Position numbers and translations under genes: made by a program. The notes below the pieces were generated by a model. The model was not told the DNA's origin. It did not search any database and worked only from the letters and a program-made list of their open reading frames with translations. This document shows positions 40,960 to 54,960 of a DNA stretch of 64,000 nt, piece by piece (positions within the stretch are counted from its first letter, which is position 1; each line of letters begins with the position of its first letter). Origin of the DNA: Octopus vulgaris (Eukaryota); contig OX597814.1 of assembly GCA_951406725.2 (NCBI GenBank), positions 96,348,001 to 96,412,000 on the forward strand. The letters run 5' to 3'.

Positions 40960-41185
40960 CTGGCCGTTGCTTAGCCTAAGGTCGGCTCTGATCAAGCAGA
41001 CCTATGATCAAGATGTCTGTTCATCTGTTTTGATCATGCCATCTAATTTTCAAACTATGTAACCAGGATTGCATTATACGATGTGTGTTTCCTTATTTAA
41101 GATGTTAAGTGAGATTTAGCCTGAGGGAAACTTAGCTGCTATATTCCAGCTGACGAACAGACCACATTGTGGATCTGTTGCTGCT
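40960..41185 (-). repeat. ~210-bp interspersed repeat (other copies about 50425-50590 +, 53015-53225 +, 53285-53490 -, 57375-57575 +)
   Basis: Shared ctatgtgg...ctgctagaaatagcagc..aaat and gtctgcttgatcagagc.gacct..ggcta motifs seen by eye. Confidence 0.55.
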
Positions 41186-42399
41186 TCCTCGGAGATCTGC
41201 TACATGAATGATAAACTTTACACTTACAAAGAATGTGTTAAGTAAACAACTCAAATAGTCGATGACATGAATTTAGATAATTCAAGCAGATGATAATGTA
41301 CTGACTGACACATGCAAAGAATTCTAAATAACTGAATTTTGCTTTTTAGTAGGAAGAAACAAAACCCCACTTATAATTATCGGCGACTGCCAAAGAAATT
41401 GAATTTTCGTGCTAGGGAATAAAATCTAATTTTTGTCTGTAGGCAAGGAGGCAGCTACGGACATATTTTAGCAACCTTATTAGGCCTCATAAGCTGATGA
41501 GATCTAATACAACCAAAGCGTATACTCAGCTGTCATATTCTCTGTTCACATACACCAAACATAAAGGATAAATTGTTTTATGGAATTCACTCTTAATTTC
41601 ATGAAATTATTTTCCCCTTTCTTCGAGAGCTGGTAAGAAATATCACCAGGTTTTTGTTTTCTTTCGACAAACAGTGCGTTCTTATGCATTGCGTCTTCTT
41701 TTAGCTTGGATGTTAGTCAAGAGATGGTAGCCATAGAAACTTCAGGCGAGAAATGAAAACATATGTATCTTTAATAGACAGTATACAATATTTACCAAAG
41801 CTGATTTCGGATATTAACGAAATATGATTTCTATGCAAATGAGAAATTTTTCACAGTCGCATCTATTAGAAACTTCACTGAATTATGGTCTATTCTGAAT
41901 TGTTAATGTTTAAGCAGTTTCACCTTTAAGAACATGAACACAACATATGAAAGTACTTATAATTCGTTCCAATAAGATTTATGAATAATGTCAACACTAC
42001 CACTCTTAAATATTTCATCTCTAAGGATTCCTTTGTTGTAAACTTCTAGTCAAATAATTATATATCCATTTGTTGCTTTCCCATCTAATTTTGCAACTGA
42101 AGACCAGTCGACAGGAACTCGCGTAAGTACACAGCAAATTAGACAAGTAAATCATTAACATTCGTATAGAATCATATTACGAATATCAACATGTCTCAAT
42201 GAGATGTTGGTGCCAAACAGAAGACTTCACCATATTCAATAATTAGAGGAAAGATATGGTACAATGTGGTTATTCGCTGCCTTCTTTGTGATTTAGATAC
42301 GACTAAATACTCTTCTATTTCACTGTACATACTTACTGGTCTTTGTTAGGAAGAAGAAATGTTCCTGTAACCCTTAAAAGCCATACGACAGTGGTCGGA

Positions 42400-43400
42400 T
42401 TAAACAGCAATGACTCAGTGACTTGGAAAAAGTGAGCGAGTAGAGGAGTCCAGAGAGTTGATATGTGTTTAGTATTGGGGCTGAAAGGGAAGACAAAGAA
42501 TTGGTACTAGAAAGATGTTGAAGGAAAGTGAGGAGTAGCTGCATCAGAAGGCTTGGTTAGAAGCGGTTAGTATTGGTATGCAACTAACTGGCTCCGATGA
42601 GCAGAAATCGTTGTAGTGTAGGTGGGTATGAGACAGTAATGAAAACGCTGCATCTGTAGGATTGAACATGTTGTTAATAGGATCATTATTTAGCAGATGG
42701 ATTGCTTTCATCTGGATAAAAAGTCTTAGATGTGGGAGTTGCACATTATGGTTAATCACAATCTTTGTTAAGATTCGGCAGTTGTTACGGGCTGACGTTT
42801 TCGAACTGCATGTAGTTTATGAATAGAAATACGATTATTTCCTTGATGTGTGTAAGGAAAGCGCCTTTCCGTCGTGCGTTGTTGAAGGAAGATATTTTAA
42901 TGTTTGTTTGAAAACGTTTTCGACGTCTCTACTGATGGAAACAGTTTAGGTTGATGTCAAGTGTCAAGATTTCAAGTAGAATACGCCAGTGCGTGGAGGG
43001 TTTAAGTCGAGTAAAGAATGACAGCATTTGCATAATAGAGAACTGAGCTTTGGTATAGATGACAAGGAGTACGTTGTTAACGTACAAGAGAAAGTGATTA
43101 GGTACAGCAACCAATCGTTAAGATTTGATGGAATTTGATGGGATCTGCGTCAAAAAGGACACCATCTACACTAATTTTACGGGAAGTCATTCAAGAGATG
43201 ACTGTCTGATGGTTAGTTTGGACCGGATCTAGGTAGATCTTAGTTTAGACCGGTATAATGTTTTAACGAAGTTAAGTGTAACGCCATTATTTGCATCGAA
43301 TTACGTCAAAGAGTGGGGGTCTATTATCGGGTTGTAGACAAGGTCGCCAATGCATCTGGCGCTACGGGAGCCGTACTGGATACAGTGAGGAGAGAAGAGA
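42400..43400 (-). mobile_element. Decayed CR1-like LINE (RT)
   Basis: VPNHFLLYVNNVL..YYANA (LFLLYINDL..YADD remnant); IQMKAIHLLN..HYNDFCSSEPVSCIP. Confidence 0.55.
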
Positions 43401-43958
43401 ATCAAGGTATTACAAGCGGTTCCTGAAAACTGCTGTTTGCATTACCTATGAAATGTTGCATCAGAAATCAATAGGTCGACAGTTAGGAAGAATCAAAATG
43501 ATTGCTCTACTTGTGGATGGGTGACACTGTAGTATTTATAGAAAGATCTTATAATAATTCTGCTTGTCATTCCGTTACTTAGCCCGTCAGTAACTCTTTC
43601 ACGTGATTAGAGAAAAGAGGGAGAGAGAAGCGTCCATGGCGTGAGGTACAGGGAATGTAAATGTAACGTTTTCACGTGATTGATGTAAGGGAGAGAGAGG
43701 AGAAAGAAAAAAGTGAGAGAAAAAGTGGATACGGTGAAGAGTAAGACTGAAAGAAGGAGAAAGAAAAAGAGGGAGAGAGACGCGTTCATGATGTGAGGTG
43801 AGGGAATGTATTATTTATTAAGTGGTTAAAAAAGACGTTAGCTGAAGGTAGTGATGATATAGAGGAGGAAAGTTAAAAATATAATTTTAGCAAAGGGGTA
43901 ATGTTCTGATGGTGAGGTTAAAGAAAGGCAGAGAGAGAGATGGAGAGAGAGAGAGATG

Positions 43959-43989
<31 letters not shown>

Positions 43990-45689
43990 GAGGGTGAGAG
44001 AGTGGTGAAAGATGATGATGGTAGAGGTGGTGGTAGTGGTTGTGATGACTGCGGTGGTGACTGGATAGTGAAAAGCGTATTTTAAAAAATTGAACCAAGT
44101 TTTTTTATACCACCTATCATTTAATGCAGGCACATAAGTGCAACTCCGTGAAATATTCACTCTTATTTACGTGACAGATATATGCAATTTAACAAAAGGT
44201 TCTATCATATGAACGGGATATTTTTTGTTAATTGAAAAAAATGGAAAAATACGAGTGAATATTTATTTTATGAGTGCTGTGTATTAAATTTACAAAATTA
44301 TGCATAAAGAATATAAAGCGTATATATAAAGTGCAATAAGTAATCATCGTATTCCAATTTCTCTCTCACTTTTCGATGAGTAGAAGATGAGGTACTAACT
44401 TTCCATACAGACACAACATAGGCTACGCTTTCAGGTTTTTTGGATAAATTTTTCAGAAATAAACCAATAAGTTTACCATTAATTCCATGAAATATTCACG
44501 GATCCCGCTAGTAAGAATTATTTCACTCGCTTTCTTAGCTGTCAAGGATAGTTGGTGGGAAACCAGTGAAGATCAAAATGTTATCTGACTTGAAGTATTT
44601 TAAGATCCGGGAGGTTTGAGTCGTTGAGTGTTACGTGGCTGTGTGACGAATTGTCATAATTAAGCAGTGCTCGAAAGATCCAATACATATTATTCTGCCG
44701 GTTCACTATCGAATTATTCTGCCCTTGAAAGAACTGTAAATCCAGAACATTCTACGAACTTCAGAATACTCGTGTAATTCATTATTAATAATCAAACACT
44801 GTTCAAATCAGAACTGGCAAAACTCAATAATTCAAAAATAGTATGCTGTAAATATTACTTATTAACAATGATTTTTTTTTCTTTTGTTATTTTCGTTTAG
44901 TCGGTGAAGATGGTTGACGCCTTTCGTTTTTAATATTTCTTCCCATTCTGCCACAAGAAAAACTGCCAATGATAGCAAGTAGTTGTCGTTATGGCATAAA
45001 CAAATCTAGCGCCCCACTCTTCAGTGACGTAACATTTCTAATAATAATACTGATTACGTTTTCTCATTAAGCCATTCGGTTCGAAAGAAAATATATTTTA
45101 ATATGAAAAGAATGAAACCAGAGATCTTTACGAGGAATGGGCGCGATTATTGCAACGTTCATACTTCACTCAAGATCATTTGTAACGTAAGTAGAATAAA
45201 GTTATTTCCAAATAGATTACAGATTTAACTCATCAGAAACATCTAGTCTACAACTTTGACTTATGGAAGAATGAAAAGAAAAAAAAAACGGTAACGAAGG
45301 GGCGATGCATACCTTACGTGCAGATAATTTTTTTCGCAAATTATAATGTGGCTTACAACGCGTTGCTTACCCATGGTTTTTAATTGAAATGAATTTATTT
45401 TAATATCACCGTTATAAGTATTTACTCTCCAGTGAAATTAAGAAATCAACTCGTAAATAAACGAAACCCTCGAATTCATCAGTGTACACATAGACACACA
45501 CAAACATACGCACACGTACACACACACACATACACACACGCACACGCACACACACACAGAGTCGCATTGTATGTATGTATGTATGTATGTATGTATGTAT
45601 GTATGTACGCACACGTGTATTTATGTATGTATGTATGTACGCACACGTGTCTGCGCGTATAGGTACACTATAGTCTATACAAACGTAGA

Positions 45690-45952
45690 CGAGGGTTGAT
45701 TCTTATAAAAAAGAAAGTGAACAAAATTATTTAACCACTTGCTTATCGGTAAATTTGTAAATTCGATTTTTAAAAAAAATATTTTTTTTGAAAAATAATC
45801 AATGTTCATCATTTCGAGCCACTCATTCAATGAGTATTTCTGAAAAATGTGGTGGAAATCCGTTCAGCTTTTCCCCCGTAATTTTGCAAACACACAGACA
45901 AAGACGAGTGATTAAAATACCCTGATTTCGCTACGCGCGCAGGGTAATTATT
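45690..45952 (-). mobile_element. HINE/DINE-1-like (Helentron-associated) fragment
   Basis: Minus strand: attaccctg-cgcgcgtagcgaaat-cagggtat hairpin, then gtctgtgtg microsatellite and gctgaacggatttc. Confidence 0.6.
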
Positions 45953-46789
45953 TCTGACACAGACACAAGGCTTTGGATTCAAGGAAATATAAATATAAAT
46001 GTGGTGTTTATTGTTTTCGTCTTTATACAAGCGAACATCGAAAGGCAGACGGTCACACTTGTGCCAAACAAAAGAGTTGTTTTTAAGAGTCAAAAAACTA
46101 AAATATCAACTAGCTTATTCCCTGCTATAGTTATGTACAAGTACCACGAGTAGATAAGATTTACTGTTGTCAATAAATAGAGGCAGTACTGTATATTTTA
46201 CGAGCGTTTCTTTGCTATGCAGTACTGAGTTCAAATACTACTATAGTTCTGAGCTAGAAAGCTATATAATAGTAAATGAAAATGAATATTTCAGTGTTAC
46301 TACTCACAATTATGACACTGAGTTAGCTGCTATTATTTGCCAAATCTAATGGCAGACTACGCCCCTTATAAACATGCTTCTTCTCTATGCTACTGACAAC
46401 AGTAAAAATAAATTTAAAAAAAAGAAAAAGAAAAAAGCCAATTATATGAGTTAGCAGAACAGTATTATTAACGAATGACATCAGAATGTAATTATATATG
46501 CTTATATTTATTTTTTAGTAGTATTTTAATGACAAGTCATAGACATCGTAATAAACAAAATATGATGCTTAATATTTATGACCGTTCGCCAAGCTGTAAT
46601 ACTGAGTTACAAAGCAACGAGAGAGCCTTTACATAGTCACTCGACATGCAAAAGGTAGCAACCAATTCTCTTTCAGAACTCCCATTGTTCCTTCTTATAA
46701 TGAGACACATTGGGTAATGTGGTCCCGGATTTCCTGCACACAGATGGTCATGAATAGAAAACCTTAGTTCATATGTGTGCTCAATCCGA

Positions 46790-47150
46790 CAGCAGTAATG
46801 CTCGGTTACCATTTTGAAGGGTTTAGTCAGCCCCAGTACATATTTTCATCAGGAACATATTCTAACGGCCTCTTTGGCCCAACTACTTGGTTACGAGGTC
46901 GTAAACCCCCAACATCTAGTCATCAAAAGATGAGAGACAAATAGAAAAACATAGACATGCAGGCACATGCACAAGTACAATTTGCTCACACATAATATAT
47001 AAGCACACATTTGTATGTATGTAAATATACATAGATACATTCATACATATTGGTTAGTTGAGGGTTATAGTCGACAACGCTTGCCCAACGTGCCACGCAG
47101 TTGTAGACTAAGCCCCTTATAAACATGCTTGTACTTTATGTTGTTGACAG
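46790..47150 (-). mobile_element. Degraded CORE-type SINE
   Basis: ttgcccaacgtgccacgcag and gtttagtc..ccccagtac remnants. Confidence 0.5.
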
Positions 47151-47244
47151 CTGTAAAAATTTGAATAGTAATAATAATCCTTTCTACTAAAGGCACAAGG
47201 CCTGAAATTTTGGGGAAGGGGACAGGTCGATCACATCCATAAAT

Positions 47245-47670
47245 ATGATAAAGAAGTAAAGATAATAGATGTTGCAATACCAGGTGATTCGAGGGTGAAA
47301 TGTAAGGAAACAGAAAAGATTGAGAAATATCAGTCACTGCGGGACTAGATAGGAAAGTTGTGGGGCACGAGAAAGTAATGGTGATACCTGTGGTAATTGG
47401 AGCAATATGAGCAGTTTCCAAGGGCTTTGAAAAACATATTAAGAATATTGGAACTTCTGTCAGGCTCGAGGTGATCCAGAAGACAGCATTGTTGGGTACA
47501 GCTCGCATTCTAAGGAGAGTATTGTCTCTTTGTGTCACAGGAGAAGGCACTACTTGAAACCTTTGGTGATTTGTTATTGCCTGTTTTCAAGTAAAGAATA
47601 ACCGGGAATTAAGAACTATCCGAGAGTCTTTCAGAATAACAACAACAACAATAATAATAATAATAATAAT
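47245..47670 (+). mobile_element. Dong/R4-like 3' fragment (RLE plus 3' UTR plus AAT tail), further family
   Basis: EKIEKYQSL..VIPVVIGAI*AVSKGFEKHIKNIG..VIQKTALLGTARILRRVL then (aac)(aat)n. Confidence 0.8.
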
Positions 47671-49190
47671 CTTTTCTACTATAGGAACAAGGTCTGAAGT
47701 CTTGGGATAGGAATTAGTCGATTACATCGACCCCAGTACGCAACTGGTACTTAATTCATCGACCCCAAAAAGACAAAGTCGACCTCGGCTGAATTTGAAC
47801 TCAGAACATAGCGACAGGCGAAATACCGTTAAACATTTCGTCTTGCATGCCAACGATTCTGCTAGCTCGAACGAAATGGCAGTTGAAATACCTCTAAGCA
47901 TTTCGCCTAGCGTGCTGACGATTCTGCCAGCTCGTCGCCTTAACAGCAACAATCCTTTCTAATGTAGGCACAATGCCTCAAATTTGTGGGGAGAGGAGTA
48001 GTTGATTACCTCGATCACAGCATTTCACTGGTACTTAATTTATCAACCAGAAAGGACGAAAGGTAAAGTTGATCTCGGTGGAATTTGAACTCAGAACGTA
48101 GCTAGGGGCGAAATACCGCTAATCATTTCGTCCAGCTCGCTGTCTTAATGATAATAATAGTACTTCTTTCTACTATAGGCACAAGGCCTGGATTTTTTTT
48201 TTTGGGGGGGGGGGAACAGTCGATCATATCGACCCCAGTACTCAACTGGTACTTGATTTATCGACTGCGAAAGGATGGAAGGCAAAGTCGACTGAGAACA
48301 TAAAGACAGACGAAATACTGCTAAGCATTTCGCCCAGCGTGCTAACGATTCTTATTTCTTTATTGCCTACAAGAGGCTAAACATAGAGGGGACAAACAAG
48401 GACAGACAATGGGATTAAGTCGATTACATCAACCCCAGTGCATAACTGGTACTTAATTTATCGACCCTGAAAGGATGAAAGGCAAAGTCGACCTCGGCGG
48501 AATTTGAACTCAGAACGTAGTGGCAGACGAAATACCTATTTCTTTTACTACCCACAAGGGGCTAAACACAGAGGGGACAAACAAGGACAGACAAATGGAT
48601 TAAGTCGATTACATCGACCCCAGTGCGTAACTGGTACTTAATTTATCGCCCCCGAAAGGATGAAAGGCAAAGCCGACCTCGGCGGAACTTGAACTCAGAA
48701 CGTAACGGCAGACGAAATACGGCTACGCATTTCGCCCGGCGTGCTAACGTTTCTGCCAGCTCGCCGCCTTCCATAATAATAATAGTTAGTAGAACAGTAT
48801 TATTAACGGAAGTCATCACCTATGCGGTTACAAAGTCATGCTTGGATCATAAGAATACCATTTATATTTTTATGTCGATTTAGGAGTACTACGATAATAT
48901 AAGGGGGAAATTTTTTTATCAGGATTCTCTTTAGAGAAGAAAAGAATAAATATATGTCAACTAGCCCTTCACCCAAACCACGGTTTCAAATTTTGGAACA
49001 CGGCCAGCAGTTTCGGGGAGGAGGGTAAATTGATTACATTAACCCCCAATGCTGAACTGGTACTTATTTTATCGAGTGCGAAAGAGAGGGTCGATTTCAG
49101 CGGAATTTGAACTAAGAACATAAAGATGGACAGAATGCCCCTAGGCACTTTGGCCGGCGTGCTAATGATTCTGCCAGCTTGCCGCCGTAT
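47671..49190 (-). mobile_element. Cluster of Meta-domain SINE copies
   Basis: At least six bodies (aaggcaaagtcgacctcggcggaatttgaactcagaac variants), all minus strand. Confidence 0.85.
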
Positions 49191-50122
49191 CCCCTACATC
49201 AAAATTATAACAATTAAGCAGTTGGGTTAGACTATGCGTCACCGAGGAGGGTTGATAAGAACAAAACATGCTCAGAGTTATCCTTATAACTCTGAAACAT
49301 AAAAACAAATTATCGAATTAGTTGGAAATTATTCCAATCAATTTATATTTCGAAGTTCTTTCCTTTGCCTTTTTGCAAAAAAAAAAAAAAAAAAGGAAGC
49401 AAACATAAAAATCCGCTAATGACTTTTCTTATTTTTACATGTGTAATTTCAATTAATTAAAATTCTGCTTTGTTCTCTCGACTATATATACTTGTCTGCA
49501 ATTGACTATAAAATTTTGAAACATAAGACACTTCATTGGAAACATTTTGTTTTTCTTCTAAAAGCAAATAGCAAGTCTTGGTCACGTTTTAAACTACTCT
49601 TAATCAATTTGAAGAAATATATGTATTTTCAAAATGAGCACATGAAACTCTGTAGTCTCGAATGATAACTTACAATATTGCAGCAATCCACTTGGATGAT
49701 GGCTGGCACAATCGCTAGAAATCCTCCGCTCATATTACAGCATTTACTTACATCAAAGTACATTACAAGTTCAAATTTCATCGGGATTAACTTTGGCTAT
49801 AATTCTTTTTTTTTTTTTGCGGGTCAATAAAATGTAACAGTTATGTATTAGAAAATCGATTTAATGAACCGTATTCATATTCCTATACTTCAACCTTGTG
49901 CCAATTTAAGAAATCAATGATGCAAAAATGTATGTGAGTTCTGAAGACAATTTTAATACGGCTTCGATTCCTTGTGCCACTTTAATTAGCGAACCCGTCT
50001 GACCTATCATGGATTACTGCCAGCTATTTGAGTTTACATACATACATACATACTTTCATACACACACACATACACACACACACATATATATATATACATA
50101 CATACATACATACATACATTAC

Positions 50123-50195
<73 letters not shown>

Positions 50196-50960
50196 GGAAT
50201 AAATCCAAATTTACACGTGGAGAAAAATCAGATTTAGGATTAAATCCAATTTTATAGTAAAATATTATATAATATTATTAGAGAAATTAAACCACTATTT
50301 TATTAAAATAGTCTTTCATTTGAGCATTCTGCATTTTTAAAAAAATTTTCCCTACTATATATATATATATATGTACATGACGTACCAATCTGATTCACAC
50401 ATGAATAACACATGCAGTAGGCAAGCCAAAGAGGAAGCCTCTATGTGGACCCCCGATATACTAGAGCTAACAGCAAAATCGCTCTTCAGAAAAGACATGT
50501 TAGATAAAAGGCTACTGGGTTCCCTGTGTATAGCTAGAAGACAGAATGTTTATGGTTGGAATAGCTTGAATCGTACATATGTTAAATCATAAATAAGGTC
50601 ATTACAACTAGCAGTGGAGCATCCATTATGATTCGCTCTACTGTCTGAAAAAAAAAAGAAGATATACTATGCCTGAATAAAACAAAAACTTCTAACTGTT
50701 GATTATAATCAATAATTAACTCAAAACAATAACAACACGCAGTTCGTTTTCGTTTCCAGACAACGTCAGCGACAACAACGCTGAAACAAATAACAACAAA
50801 TAAGAGCAATAACCACAATAGCAAAAACAAACACAAAAACAAGAGCAGGTTATGTTAACAAGGATAGAGGACATAGAAATATTGTTACAAAAATTTACTA
50901 TTGTTACCATCAATAACAAGTCCGTCATCTCTTCACCGATCCCCTTCTCTCTCACACACA

Positions 50961-50999
<39 letters not shown>

Positions 51000-51165
51000 C
51001 TATATATATATATATAGATATAAATAGATGAGTGTATTTTCTCTTGTTAACAATTAACACGGAAAAAATAGATAAATAGTTACCAGGGTAGCAAAAAATC
51101 ACACAAGTAGGTTGTAACTCCTCGTTTTTCTGTTAAAATGTCTTATTGACGAGTTTCATTTCTTC

Positions 51166-51253
51166 ACTTCCCTGAAGAGAAGATTACATTTTTTTACACT
51201 ATTTATTCCTTTGGAATAATATCAGTGATATCTTCGAAACATGTGTCGGAAGT
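51166..51253 (+). ncRNA. Type I hammerhead ribozyme
   Basis: acttcc-CTGAAGA-gaagat...atcttc-GAAA-catgtg-TC-ggaagt: full core and all three stems pair. Confidence 0.75.
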
Positions 51254-51299
51254 AAAAGTATTTGAATTATATCTGCGTTAAACTCCATTTGAATCATAA

Positions 51300-52150
51300 T
51301 GACGACGTCATAATATCTAAGTCAACCTTCCTGGAAGTGGTAAACTTTGTTAAAACAGATCTCTTCTGGTAAAGCACCTGGCATGGACGCTGTCTCTCCT
51401 GAAATCTACAAGCATAGTGGACAGAAGCTTTTAAGAAATTGCAATGACCTCTTCATGAATATTTGGATGTTACACTGTGTACCACAGGATTTCAAGGATG
51501 CCTCAATCCAGCATTTTTGTAAGAACAAAAGAAACAGAAGTGTTTGTGATAATCATCGCGAGATATCACTTCTGTCTATTACTGGTAAGATTCTTGCTCG
51601 ACTCATTCTTGACAGGATCATCAAACACTTTGTAAATGATATCTATCCAGAATCACAGTACGGATTTCGTTCTGGTTGTGGCACTATCGACATGATCTTT
51701 TCCCTTCACCAGGTCATGGAGAATATACGTGAGAAAAATCAAGAGCTGTTCATGGTATTCGTTGACCTTACTAAGGCCTACGACACTGTTTGACCATAAG
51801 TATAAAGAAGACGGAAGTAATCCACCAGCCTTGCCCTACTCCTAAACGAATTCGAGGTGTCAAGTAGAAGCCACTAGTTCGCAATTTTTTTGACACTCCT
51901 AAAAATATCTTAGTAGTAAAGTGAATTCGAGCGCTTACCTTAATGAAATCGTCAACCGTCTGGCAAAGGCAACCAATGCATTTGGCAAACTCCGTCATCG
52001 CCTATGGAATGAAAGGGGTATTAAACTTGACACCAAAGTACAGGTCTATAAAGCAGCTGTTTTTACTATTTGATATGGCTCAGAATCGTGGATACCTTAT
52101 AGACGGCACATAAACCAAGAAGACATTTTCCACTAAGGCTGTCTCAGGAA
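51300..52150 (+). mobile_element. RTE-clade LINE RT fragment
   Basis: SGKAPGMD..VPQDFKDASI..CDNHREISLLSITGKILAR..PESQYGFRSGCGTIDMIF..FVDLTKAYDTV; later AFGKLRHRLWNERGIKLDTKVQVYKAAV. Confidence 0.9.
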
Positions 52151-52159
52151 CATTGAACT

Positions 52160-52420
52160 TTTTCAACGGAGTTATATGGAGATGTAGTGTTCCCTGGTTA
52201 GATTCTTCGGTTTCACATGTAATACATCTGCGATCATTAATATCCCAGGATGCACTGCACTTAACAGAATCGAAGGCTGTCGCAAAATCCAAATTGTTTT
52301 GGATGTTTCGCTGTTGGTAGCCCCGGCATTGTTCGAGAATCCTTCCCAGAGTGAGAACCTCTCAAGTTGAAAATTTTCCGAGTGACACTTAGTGACAAAT
52401 TTTCACTGTCAGTGACCTCG
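52160..52420 (-). mobile_element. Second RTE-like RT fragment, opposite strand
   Basis: RILEQCRGYQQ..LDFATAFDSV. Confidence 0.55.
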
Positions 52421-53949
52421 ACTAGCTGAAAATTTCAAGATAATCTACGAGAACTTGGATATCTAATCTGTTCTTGAACGCCTCACTGTGTATATGTCAC
52501 ATGTTGGCTTGAATATCAACGCAGAGGCAAAAATGATGTATCCGCTGGTATCATGTTTCTAGAAAGTGTCTATAGGCAAGATACCAGTAATCTCTGTCAT
52601 ACTCAGAAATAAGATTCTAGAGAATCCCTGTCAATTCAAGGAATTTGACGCTAGCCTGACTTCACACATCAGAACAAAGTTAAGATAGACGTCCACTTCA
52701 ACCACTATCTGTGTGGTACTTTCCTTCTATCCTCTTCAAAGCCTTTAACATGGATTAATACGTTCAGGTTAGATCTTAATTCAATATCTGATTTTCGATT
52801 GTACATTGCTCGCCTTTGGAACTGTGAATATTTGACGATCTCCGCTGAAGTTGCCTGTGATCATCGGATAAAGTCATCTTCTGTTCGTAATGCTATGGAA
52901 TTATAATGGTTAGCGCTAGCTAAATGTATCGCAGATGAACACTGAAGCAAGTACAAAGTATGTGCTACTATTATCAACAACAGCAGCATCAAAAACAACG
53001 GCTACTTTAAAGCAAGGAGAGAGTTCCTATGTGGATACTCGAATTATTAGAAATAGCAGCGAATTCCTTAAACTTATACGCTAACGTATAAATAAAAATA
53101 TTAAAAATACACATATTGGGCAACATTAGTCCGAGATATACTAAAAAGAAAAAAAAGAGATAGTTACTGCTGGAATGCATTAGGCCAAAGGCCTGCTTGA
53201 TTTAGGTTTATACGATACTAAACAACTACAGGAATCTCAGCATCATCTAAAAAAATTCATTATGACTTATCGTCATTGTTGTTTTGCTAAGCCGTTAATC
53301 AGCCCCGTTTGACTAAACTTTTGATTTAAAATGTCCAAGAAGTAACTAACCTGCTTTTTTGTAAAGAAATAGTGCATATAGGATTACATCATCCAATGAG
53401 TCCTAACATTTTTCAAGATATAGGGTGTGCTTTTTAAAATTTAGTTGCTTTTTCTAAAAGGTCTATTGTCTGTGCAGATGTTCCCTTACTGGACTAGATA
53501 AATGATTAGCTTTTCATATTGAGACGCGTCCCTGATAAAGAGACCTAACTCTCAATGACTCAGTCCACATGAATTACGATAGAATCATTAATATAAGAGG
53601 GGAAAATAGTTCTAGATCATTGTTATTGATTTGTTACAATAGTTTACAAATATTTCATTCGTGAATATGTTTGCGTAAATGAAGTGATTTACCGACTGAA
53701 AAAGGGATTTATGAATGCTACACAAATGTTATATAATATATTTGTTATTTTGTGTAAAATGCTTGGCATGATTTTAAAGTTGCATTTATTTGACAAGTGA
53801 TTTGATCTGAGATCGAATATTGAAACTACAATCCGTTTTGGTAGAGCCAGTGATCAATATTTGCAGTGAAGGATCTTTTCCTTACAGGAGAGGGGGAGCT
53901 GGTGGTTAGGTGTAACCCTTGCACTTTGCTTCTCTGGGTGTGTATGTGT

Positions 53950-54960
53950 ATTTATAGCAAGGGGTGCACCTGACCAGCAAGAGCCGATGTTTGTGGACAG
54001 AGCCGCAGCTCGTTCTTGCTGTTTTCTTCAATTTGCACACTTCTACTGTTCCCCCATTCATCGTCAGTGCGATGTCTTTAGGACGGGATTCTCTGTACTA
54101 CTTCTGTAGTGTTTCCTAGTTGACACTCGATAGCGTAATGGATTGCTTTGGTTACTTTGGTAATTGATGAATCTGATCTAGAAGTTGCAGAGAAGGAGAC
54201 GATATTCATTGTAAATGAAAGCACTGAAGGAGGGACAATCAGCAAACGACGAGCATGCTGGTTGGAGGATGAGCATATGATCTACTGCATTTTTTGCATT
54301 CGTCACTCGACTAGTCCATGTTATTTTGTGGGCTGCACATTTCGTGAACTAGATTGTATCACAGTGAAATTGAGACCGCTAAAAGAATCAATCAAAATAC
54401 ATGTCTACCATTACGAGTACCAAATGCATGTGGACTGATAACATCCGAATCTGCTCATTTACATCTGAGTTTGGCAATGAAATCATCAACTATAACAAGT
54501 AGCTCTCACTCTTCTGGAGTCTGGCATCCATCTAATCTTCCAAATCTTGATAAAGCTATCTCGTCTCCAGGAGCTACTGACGTTGCGGTAAAGATTGTGA
54601 CCATAAGAAGCGTTCTACTTTTATCTGTAGAAGGACTGTCATGAGGCACTGTGATACGCTGTGGGCAGATACCAAGGGGGTATTTCTTTTTGACCAAGAG
54701 AATTACACCAATTCCGATATAGCTGCATTCTGTCTGACAGAGAGAATAAACCGACTATGCAGGCATGTTTCGTGACCAAGCAGTGTCTTTCACTGGGAGC
54801 TGCCTCAAAATGTTCGACTGCAAAGGCTGTTTCGAGCGTGATAATGTTTCAGCAACCCACAGTTAGATTCATTGATACAGTGACATTGAGAGCCAGCAGA
54901 CATCAATACTATCCCACTGAATGAGGACTTGCAATTTAGTGCTTCATTACTTTTTGGAAG
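53950..54960 (-). mobile_element. RTE-like LINE AP-endonuclease remnant
   Basis: LTVGC*NIITL (WNVRTL motif), ELLVIVDDFIAK (GDFNA motif). Confidence 0.55.

Noticed and set aside
43570-43810. Promoter from paired TCACGTGA sites
   Set aside because: Sites arise from a local duplication within GA-rich low-complexity sequence; no associated gene
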